This document shows, in pieces, positions 57,396-64,000 of a stretch of DNA of 64,000 nucleotides. Made by a program: the position numbers and the translations under genes. The number at the start of each line of letters is the position of its first letter. Position 1 is the first letter of the stretch. The notes below the pieces were generated by a model. The model searched no databases. It was not told the origin of the DNA and saw only the letters and a list, made by a program, of their open reading frames with translations. The DNA is from Candidatus Kapaibacterium sp. (GTDB lineage: Bacteria; Bacteroidota; Ignavibacteria; Kapaibacteriales; HRBIN21). The stretch covers positions 5,715 through 69,714 of the forward strand of contig CALKEU010000005.1 of the NCBI GenBank assembly GCA_938084565.1, read 5' to 3'.

Positions 57396-60385
57396 GAGGG
57401 CGTGCCCTGGCTGTATTCCTGCTGAGTTGTGTGCTCTGTACAGAGATCCTTGCTCAGCCGCCCGATAGCCGCGGGCGGGAGTTCTGGGTGGCCTTCCTGC
57501 CGAATTTCCACAACAATCGGCGCTCGCCCGTAGAAGCTGAACGATATGCTGATTCGCTCTACCTTGCCATTGTTGCCGATGAGCCAAGCCGTGGGTTCAT
57601 CGAATGGTGGGACGCAGAGGGGCAGCATTGGGTTGAACCCTTCCAAATTGCCGATCCGCGTGTGCCATACGTGTTCGCACGCTCCTGGTGGGGCTTAGAG
57701 CTTATGGGATATAACGATAGCGGGCAGCTCCTCCTCAGCGGCTCTGCGGAAGGGGGGCAAGGGGAAAGGCCCGTACAGCAGTCCGTCCACATTGTCGTCG
57801 AAGATGGGGGTGAAGTCACCGTGTATGCCTTCCAGCAGGCTGTCTACACCAGCGATGCCTTTCTGGTCTTGCCCGTAGATGCACTGGGGACGGAATACCT
57901 CGTGATGAGCTATCCGAGCGACGGGCGTCTTGAGCCGAGCGGCGCACTCAGTACAGCCAGCACGCCGTCGCAGTTTGCCATTGTGGCAATAGAAGAGCAG
58001 ACGGAAGTGATAATTCGCCCCAGTGCGCCTACGTATCGGTATGGGCTGCAGGAGCAGCGGGTGCGCCTCAATCGTGGGGAGGTCTATCTGGTTCAGGCTC
58101 GTATCACACCGAGCGATCTTCGAGCGGATTTGACTGGTACGGAGATTCGTGCGACCAAGCCAGTGGCGGTCTTTGCGGGGCATCAACGAGTAGTTGTGCC
58201 GGTGGGAGAGAGTGGTTTGACCTCACGCGATTGCCTGCTCGAGCAGCTCCCTCCCGTTACTGCTTGGGGGAATTCAGCCATCGTAGTGCCCTTCCCTGTG
58301 CCTTCGAGCGGTCTTGCGCCGCAGGGGACACACCGTTTCCGGGTGCTAGCTGCCCAGCCGAACACCACCCTGCTGCTGAATGGGCAGCCAGTAGCTGTGT
58401 TGCAGCGGGGACAGGTCTACGAGGCTGCTCTCGAAACGCCTCTTGTGCTCCAGGCCACTGGGCCTATACTGGTAGCGGCATTCCACAAGACCTCGAATGC
58501 GGGCCAGGTTGCCAATATCGGTGACCCCTTCATGATGCTGATCCCGCCGGTGCAGCAGTTTCTGTCTCGTTACCGCTTCCTCAACGTTCAGAAGTACACC
58601 GTCAGCTCTGGTTTTACCGAGCCGGTCTATCGCGAGCAGTATGCAACAGCAGTCTTGCCGATGGAGGCAGAGCTGTGGCTGGATGGACAGCGGGTACCAC
58701 GAGCGCTGTACCGGCCTCTTGGGGGAGTGGACTATGGGTTCGTGTGGCTCTCGATAACCGATGGAGTGCATGATATCGAAGCTCGCTTTCCGGATGGGCG
58801 GCTAGCGCCGCTGGGACTGTACGTCTACGGATATGGACCGGCGGACTCTTATGGGTACATTGGAGGCTGTAGCTTCCGTCCGCTCGATGTGTCGCCGCCG
58901 ACTGTGGTGGCCGTCCAGGGATGCTTTACCCTCAGCGGAACTGTATACGACACAGCCGCCACCGACAGTCGCCTGCAGAGCGTCGAAGTAGTTCGGGCAG
59001 ACAACGTCAATGTCGTGCTGGATCCTTTACCGGAGCCGGCCGATTCGGTTCGATTCCGGGCGGTACTGCTCGATCCTTTCGCTGATGGTTTCTTCGAGCT
59101 CCGCGCCCGGGATTCGGCCGGATACGCACAAGTATGGGAGTTTGCAATCCCAGGCTTCACACTTCGAGTAAGCCCCACACAGCTGCGTGTGCAGCTGCTC
59201 CGGGATGGTCAGCGCTCGTGCCAGCGCTTCAGGCTTTTCAACTCTGGTGCGTTCCCCCAGGAGCTGCGTCGGCTGGAGTTTCTCGGAAGACTCCCGCCGC
59301 AAGCGACTGTGACTCTGACACCACCGGACTCGGTCCTGCCGCCCCAGGAGAGTCGGGAGGTGGAGCTCTGCTTCGTGGCCTCGGAGGCCGGTACCTACGT
59401 GGCCCATGTGGTGGTCGGCACTCCGTGTTTGACAATGGACAGTATGGCGGTCGTTGTGATCACGGTCGGTGTCGACGATGTGCCTCCAAGCGTGCAACGT
59501 ATGCGGGATTCCTGTGGGTGGGAGGAGTATCTTGTGATTGCCGACACAGTGGAACCGGCTTCTGGCCTTGCAGCCGTAGAGGTCCGACAGCAAGTCAACT
59601 GCGTTGTTCAGGTCGTACAACGGGAGCTGCAGTACGCACGGGTGCACGTTCGTGTCCTGGATCCCTGGGAAGATGCTTGGTACGAGCTCTTCGTCCAGGA
59701 TGAGGCGGGTAATGAGCGCTGGGTGAGCGATACTCTGCCGGGCTTTACACTGCGCCTGCTTGCTCCGGCTGACGGCCATCTGGAGCTGGGTCCGAACTCT
59801 TACGGGCAAATACGCTGTGATACAGTTTGGCTGCACAACACAGGGCACTTTGCCATCCTGCTGCAGGCAGTGCCTCTGCGGCAGCAGACGGCCTTTTCTG
59901 TTCCACCGGGGCAGCTGCCGCTGCGCATTCTGCCGGGACAGGTGAAGGGGGTGCTCGTCTGCTTTGCACCGCTCCAACCAGACTTCGGCCTCTATAGGGA
60001 CACGCTCGTGCTCTCGCGGCAGTGCCTCCAGCTGCCCGTGATCCTCTCTGGGGAGCTGCGTCCACGGGAGTACGTCGGGCGCGATCGCTGCGGTCTGTTC
60101 ATCGAAATGGGGCAGCACATTAGCCGCCCCTTCCTTGCGCTTCCTCACCCTCAGCCAGCCACAACACAGGTGCACGTACAGTTTGGTCTGCCAGGAGAGA
60201 CCCTCGTTCAGCTCAGCCTCTGGGATACCCACGGTCGGCTGGTACGCCACTTCCTGCGTCGGCAGCTCCCTGCGGGGGGCTATACAGCAGTGCTGCCGCT
60301 AGAGGATCTGCCAGCAGGGGTCTACTGGCTTCAGCTTCAGACGACCTCTACGGTGCAGGGACAGCCGTTGGTGATCGTGCGCTAG
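57392..60385 (+). CDS. large secreted protein with an internal repeat of about 200 aa (Ig-like plus choice-of-anchor-D/ASH-like) and T9SS CTD
   Basis: 997 aa. Signal peptide. Repeats DPFADGFFELRARDSAGYAQVWEFAIPGFTLRV versus DPWEDAWYELFVQDEAGNERWVSDTLPGFTLRL, each followed by L.N.G motifs. C-terminus LPAGVYWLQLQTTSTVQGQPLVIVR. Confidence 0.6.
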   Translation: MRGRALAVFLLSCVLCTEILAQPPDSRGREFWVAFLPNFHNNRRSPVEAERYADSLYLAIVADEPSRGFIEWWDAEGQHWVEPFQIADPRVPYVFARSWWGLELMGYNDSGQLLLSGSAEGGQGERPVQQSVHIVVEDGGEVTVYAFQQAVYTSDAFLVLPVDALGTEYLVMSYPSDGRLEPSGALSTASTPSQFAIVAIEEQTEVIIRPSAPTYRYGLQEQRVRLNRGEVYLVQARITPSDLRADLTGTEIRATKPVAVFAGHQRVVVPVGESGLTSRDCLLEQLPPVTAWGNSAIVVPFPVPSSGLAPQGTHRFRVLAAQPNTTLLLNGQPVAVLQRGQVYEAALETPLVLQATGPILVAAFHKTSNAGQVANIGDPFMMLIPPVQQFLSRYRFLNVQKYTVSSGFTEPVYREQYATAVLPMEAELWLDGQRVPRALYRPLGGVDYGFVWLSITDGVHDIEARFPDGRLAPLGLYVYGYGPADSYGYIGGCSFRPLDVSPPTVVAVQGCFTLSGTVYDTAATDSRLQSVEVVRADNVNVVLDPLPEPADSVRFRAVLLDPFADGFFELRARDSAGYAQVWEFAIPGFTLRVSPTQLRVQLLRDGQRSCQRFRLFNSGAFPQELRRLEFLGRLPPQATVTLTPPDSVLPPQESREVELCFVASEAGTYVAHVVVGTPCLTMDSMAVVVITVGVDDVPPSVQRMRDSCGWEEYLVIADTVEPASGLAAVEVRQQVNCVVQVVQRELQYARVHVRVLDPWEDAWYELFVQDEAGNERWVSDTLPGFTLRLLAPADGHLELGPNSYGQIRCDTVWLHNTGHFAILLQAVPLRQQTAFSVPPGQLPLRILPGQVKGVLVCFAPLQPDFGLYRDTLVLSRQCLQLPVILSGELRPREYVGRDRCGLFIEMGQHISRPFLALPHPQPATTQVHVQFGLPGETLVQLSLWDTHGRLVRHFLRRQLPAGGYTAVLPLEDLPAGVYWLQLQTTSTVQGQPLVIVR

Positions 60386-62516
60386 AGTTCCAACGTAGTT
60401 CGGCGCGCACGAACCATTGCCGCCCGAATAGGTGAGGAAGAAAGCGCGGCAGGAGGACGTCAGTGAGATTGCGCCCGCCAAGGCTTACGGAGAGCGTTAC
60501 CGCATCGAAGAACCAGAATTGGGTCAGCCAGGCACTCAGTTCCCAAAAGCCGGGCACATACTCATCGTCTCGATCGAGGATGCGTCGGGGTGGGTTGAGC
60601 ACAGCGATGCCGTTACGATCGAGAGCTTCCTCGCCGAAGCGGCTGCGGTAGAAGGAGCGCAGGGTCAGCGTTGTCTTGGAGGGGGCGAAGTGGAGCTGTA
60701 GGGTGCCCGAGAAAGTATGTCGAGAGCGGCCCCAGAGTCCCCCGTAGTCACGGCGCTGCAAAGGGGTAAAACGCCCTGTGGAAGGATCCTGGGTTCCGGC
60801 TCGCCCTGCTGCAATGGCATCGAGGACGTCCAGATCGACGGCATCGAGCAATTGCCAGGCAGCATGGAGATCCATGCGCCAGTAGGGATGGGGATGCAAC
60901 TGCCCCTGGAGACTCATTTCGAGACCACGGGTAGCAATCCGGGCCAAGTTGCGATAGGAATAAATGTCAAGCCCCTCAGTCCGCCCAACGTAGAAGGGTT
61001 CGATCAGATTGCGCACCCAGTTGGCGAAGAGGCGTGCCTCTACAATACACTCCGATATCCACGGCAGCCATTGCTCTAGGGTAAGCTGAGCGCTTGCATC
61101 GACGGCCAGCGAACGTTCGGGCTGAAGTTCATAGCCTCGTCTGCGGGCTCCTATGAGCGCATAGCCAGCCCCTTCGAGACGGTTCGTGAAGGTGACGAAG
61201 AGCTGCCGGAAGTCGGGCGCACGAAAGCCACTGCCGGCGGAGACACGCACCTGAAACCCTGAATGTCCCAGAGGACGGACAAGGAAGGCTATCTTTGGAC
61301 TCCAATGCTCGCCGTAGGCGGAGGGTCGATCCCAGCGTAAGCTGAGGGCATAACTGAACCACGTGTAGGGGATCCCCTCCCATTGGAGGAATGCCGCGGC
61401 AGTCCGAGTCGTCGGCCGGTCGGGGTAGCGTGTACCGGCTATATCTTCGTAGAGAAGCTCTCCGCCGAGCGCCAAGCGATAGCGCTCACTCCAGAGCACG
61501 TCGTACTGGGACCACAGTCGCGCCAGACGCTGTCGAAAGTCATCATTACTGCTAGCCGTTGGCGTCGGTGGAACATCCCAGTTGTAGAGCTCTCCGTACT
61601 GATTGCCGAAAAGGCCGAGCTGAAATCGCGCTCGGCCTCTGGTCCAGGAGGCCGTGAGCGACGTGCTCCACTCCCGCTGGCGAAAGACCCCATGGTTGAC
61701 TGCTAGTTGGTTCCCATAGCTTTCGGCAAAAGCGCCATGGGTTCGGCTCTGGAAAAGGCGTCCGTCGGCCTCGAGCCGCCAGTGGGCTGCGGGGTGCCAG
61801 TAGGCTGAACTCCCTAGAGCAAACTCTGTTCGGCCTGGATAGGGGAAGAGGGTCGTGTCGGCCACCAGCTCAAAGGGACTCGAGCGACGAAGGAAACCGT
61901 AGAGCTGAAATGCCACGCTGGACGTGCCATACCCAATGCGCCCATGGAGCTCAGAACCCTGGCGGCTCAAGTATTGGCTCTGGAAGCTACCTGTCCAACC
62001 GCGCTGCGGGCGTACCGTGAGGAGATTGACAACCCCACCGAGGGCTGTGCTCCCGTATAGGCTCGACATTGGCCCCTTGACGATCTCTATGCGCTCGATG
62101 TCCCCCAGGGGTAGACGTTGTAAGTCGATAACCCCTGCTACACGACCAGTCAACGGCTGGCCATTGAGCAGAATGAGTGTGTAAGCCGGGTCTAGCCCCA
62201 TCATCTGAATGCCGCTCCGCAGCCGATACTGCTGGACGATGCCAGCCGAGGTTTCGAGTAATTCCGCCGCTGTCAGCTGTCCAGCTATCGTAGTCGGGGT
62301 TAGCTGTAGGACCTCGACGCGTACCGGAGCATACTCGACCGTGACGGGATTGCGGCTTCCAGTGACGACGACCGTTGGGGTTCGATAGACGTGCAGACTA
62401 TCTTCCCGGGGAAAGGGTGTAGGCTGCTGTGCTTGGAGGAGGCTCCCCCCACTGAGTACGCACGTCAGGACGGAGCACCGGAGATAGAGCCACCACAGGG
62501 TCTCTCTCATTTGCAT
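60348..62516 (-). CDS. TonB-dependent receptor
   Basis: 722 aa. Signal peptide. TonB box/plug (TPTVVVTGSR, IERIEIVKGPMSSLYGSTALGGVVNL). A beta-barrel rich in aromatic-terminated strands. Confidence 0.8.
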   Translation of the reverse strand: MQMRETLWWLYLRCSVLTCVLSGGSLLQAQQPTPFPREDSLHVYRTPTVVVTGSRNPVTVEYAPVRVEVLQLTPTTIAGQLTAAELLETSAGIVQQYRLRSGIQMMGLDPAYTLILLNGQPLTGRVAGVIDLQRLPLGDIERIEIVKGPMSSLYGSTALGGVVNLLTVRPQRGWTGSFQSQYLSRQGSELHGRIGYGTSSVAFQLYGFLRRSSPFELVADTTLFPYPGRTEFALGSSAYWHPAAHWRLEADGRLFQSRTHGAFAESYGNQLAVNHGVFRQREWSTSLTASWTRGRARFQLGLFGNQYGELYNWDVPPTPTASSNDDFRQRLARLWSQYDVLWSERYRLALGGELLYEDIAGTRYPDRPTTRTAAAFLQWEGIPYTWFSYALSLRWDRPSAYGEHWSPKIAFLVRPLGHSGFQVRVSAGSGFRAPDFRQLFVTFTNRLEGAGYALIGARRRGYELQPERSLAVDASAQLTLEQWLPWISECIVEARLFANWVRNLIEPFYVGRTEGLDIYSYRNLARIATRGLEMSLQGQLHPHPYWRMDLHAAWQLLDAVDLDVLDAIAAGRAGTQDPSTGRFTPLQRRDYGGLWGRSRHTFSGTLQLHFAPSKTTLTLRSFYRSRFGEEALDRNGIAVLNPPRRILDRDDEYVPGFWELSAWLTQFWFFDAVTLSVSLGGRNLTDVLLPRFLPHLFGRQWFVRAELRWNSSARSPTAVPAP

Positions 62517-62625
62517 AGGATTCCGAAGCTATGGCCTACAAATTTCGCTAGACTGCACGAAACTAAGAATCGGCTTCCGCCCGGCGTGGATACGGCCACC
62601 CGCGTGCGGCTCGGACCGGTTTGTG

Positions 62626-62633
62626 TATATTTG
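62626..62633 (+). promoter_or_regulatory. candidate Bacteroidota-type -7 promoter element TATATTTG upstream of fur
   Basis: Exact TAnnTTTG match 25 nt upstream of the fur ATG, in the divergent receptor/fur intergenic region. Confidence 0.3.
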
Positions 62634-62657
62634 TTCTCGGTCTGAATTGCGGAAGCA

Positions 62658-63143
62658 GTGATGGAGACGGCCGAGCGCGTGGATGTGGAGCAGCTCAAGG
62701 AGCGCTTTGCCACCTTCTTGCAGGAGCAGCGCTACCGGAATACGGCGGAGCGGATGCGCATTTTAGAATGTGTTGTGGAGATGCCGAAGCATTTCTCAGC
62801 CGATGAGCTCTACGTGTACATGCGTACGCATGGTGAGAAGGTATCGCGGGCCACAATTTACTCGACGCTCGAGCTCTTGCGGCGGTGTGGACTCGTGGTG
62901 GGCCATCGTTTCGAAGGTGGCAGTACGAAGTACGAGCTTGCGGTGCGGCTTCCGAATCACGATCACCTCCTCTGCACCGATTGTGGGCGCATAGTGGAGT
63001 TTTGTGCTCCGCAGCTCCAGGAGCTTGTGGAGCAGATTAGTCAGCAGTACGCGCTGCGGGCGGTGCGGCATTCACTGCAGATTTTCGCTCAGTGCCCTGA
63101 GTTTGGACGCTGTCCCTATCAGAGGGAGCTTGCTGCGCAATAG
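62658..63143 (+). CDS. fur: Fur-family transcriptional regulator
   Basis: 161 aa, winged helix, and C-terminal HDHLLCTDCGRIVEF (HxHxxCxxC metal site). Confidence 0.8.
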   Translation: MMETAERVDVEQLKERFATFLQEQRYRNTAERMRILECVVEMPKHFSADELYVYMRTHGEKVSRATIYSTLELLRRCGLVVGHRFEGGSTKYELAVRLPNHDHLLCTDCGRIVEFCAPQLQELVEQISQQYALRAVRHSLQIFAQCPEFGRCPYQRELAAQ

Positions 63144-63203
63144 CTGGGCAAGCCCATTCGTCGTCGAGTTCGAGGTGTACACGAACCAAAATACGGTGCG
63201 GCC

Positions 63204-64000
63204 ATGTACGGCAATTTGAGCATTGTTGAGCCCCTCCGTGGAGTGGAGCAAGAGGATCCGGAAAAGCTCGCTGAGTTTGAGGAGCGCATTGCTCGAGGCG
63301 AAAAGATTGAGCCGCACGATTGGATGCCCCGCGAGTACCGCCGCCAGGTGCTGCGCATGGTCGAGCAGCATGCTCATTCGGAGATCATCGGTGCTCTGCC
63401 GGAGGGGACCTGGATTACCCGGGCACCTGGCTTTCATCGGAAGCTTGCTCTCATGGCGAAAGTTCAAGATGAGGTCGGACATGCCCAGCTGCTCTATAGC
63501 GCTGCCGAAACGTTAGGCAAGCCGCGGGAGCAGATGATCAACGATCTCCTCAGTGGCAAGGCCAAGTACTCCAACGTCTTCAACTATCCAGCGCTGACAT
63601 GGGCCGATACGGCTATCATTGCGTGGCTCATCGATGCCGGGGCCATCATCAATCAGACGCTCAACAGTAAGGGATCCTACGGCCCCTATGTCCGGGCGCT
63701 CGAGCGGATCTGCAAGGAGGAGGCCTTCCACCTCAAGTATGGCTATGACAATGTTGTCACGCTAGCCAGCGGAACGAAGCGGCAGCGGCAGATGCTGCAG
63801 GAAGCCCTCAACCGGTGGTGGAAGCCCATTATGCACTTCTTCGGTCCGCCGGACCATATGTCCATCCATAGTGAGAAGCTCTTGCGCTGGAAAGTCAAGA
63901 TGGCCAGCAACGATGAGATGCGTCAGATGTTCCTCGATGCTTATGTGCCCAAGATCTGGGAGCTGGGGCTGAGCATTCCGGACCCGAACCTCCGCAAGGA
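63204..64000 (+). CDS. paaA: 1,2-phenylacetyl-CoA epoxidase subunit A (partial, continues beyond window)
   Basis: Manual translation from the ATG at 63204: [11 protein letters not shown]...[40 protein letters not shown]...[20 protein letters not shown]...[15 protein letters not shown]...[19 protein letters not shown]. This is near-collinear with E. coli PaaA. There is no stop in the window. Confidence 0.8.
   Translation, partial: MYGNLSIVEPLRGVEQEDPEKLAEFEERIARGEKIEPHDWMPREYRRQVLRMVEQHAHSEIIGALPEGTWITRAPGFHRKLALMAKVQDEVGHAQLLYSAAETLGKPREQMINDLLSGKAKYSNVFNYPALTWADTAIIAWLIDAGAIINQTLNSKGSYGPYVRALERICKEEAFHLKYGYDNVVTLASGTKRQRQMLQEALNRWWKPIMHFFGPPDHMSIHSEKLLRWKVKMASNDEMRQMFLDAYVPKIWELGLSIPDPNLRK

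Noticed and set aside
62517-62657. Canonical Fur box in the fur / TonB-receptor intergenic region
   Set aside because: No convincing GATAATGATAATCATTATC-like 19-mer was visible by eye, so only the TAnnTTTG promoter motif is reported.

Overview
High-GC (~60-65%) chromosomal segment, most likely from a Bacteroidota/Rhodothermota-type bacterium. The evidence is T9SS-type C-terminal sorting domains on at least five predicted secreted proteins, the ileS/dksA-like/lspA synteny, a B-family heme-copper oxidase, and Bacteroidota-like TAnnTTTG promoter motifs. Genes are densely packed, with many ATGA start/stop overlaps indicating operons. From start to end the window contains: a TonB-dependent receptor N-terminus translationally coupled to an upstream lipoprotein gene plus a porin-like gene; an FNT channel/coxII/coxI/SCO operon; a cobalamin riboswitch in front of a T9SS-secreted beta-propeller protein; an MFS transporter; a PaaN-like aldehyde dehydrogenase and gcvT; a PolB-like 3'-5' exonuclease; a BNR/Asp-box T9SS protein; a variant System I ccm cluster (extended CcmC, CcmD, CxxxY-type CcmE, a second CcmE-like paralog lacking the heme motif, CcmF); an M20 peptidase; a tolC/tetR/MFP/RND efflux operon; tsaB; a large M4 (thermolysin-like) T9SS protease; murQ; a clpB truncated within the M-domain; ileS; a DksA/TraR-like gene; lspA; a dockerin-like repeat protein; HPr and ptsI; a purK/MoxR-ChlI-like AAA+/ribE operon; a stand-alone AddB-like PD-(D/E)XK nuclease followed by a LonC-type protease with a degenerate Walker A; rpe; a lipoprotein; an mqnA-like gene; a SpoU methyltransferase; a metallophosphoesterase; a 997-aa T9SS protein with internal repeats; a second TonB-dependent receptor divergent from fur; and the 5' part of paaA. 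I found no rRNA, tRNA, CRISPR array, transposase or integrase. The most interesting items are the orphan cobalamin riboswitch controlling a T9SS cargo protein, the variant ccm cluster, the FNT/oxidase operon, and the truncated clpB.
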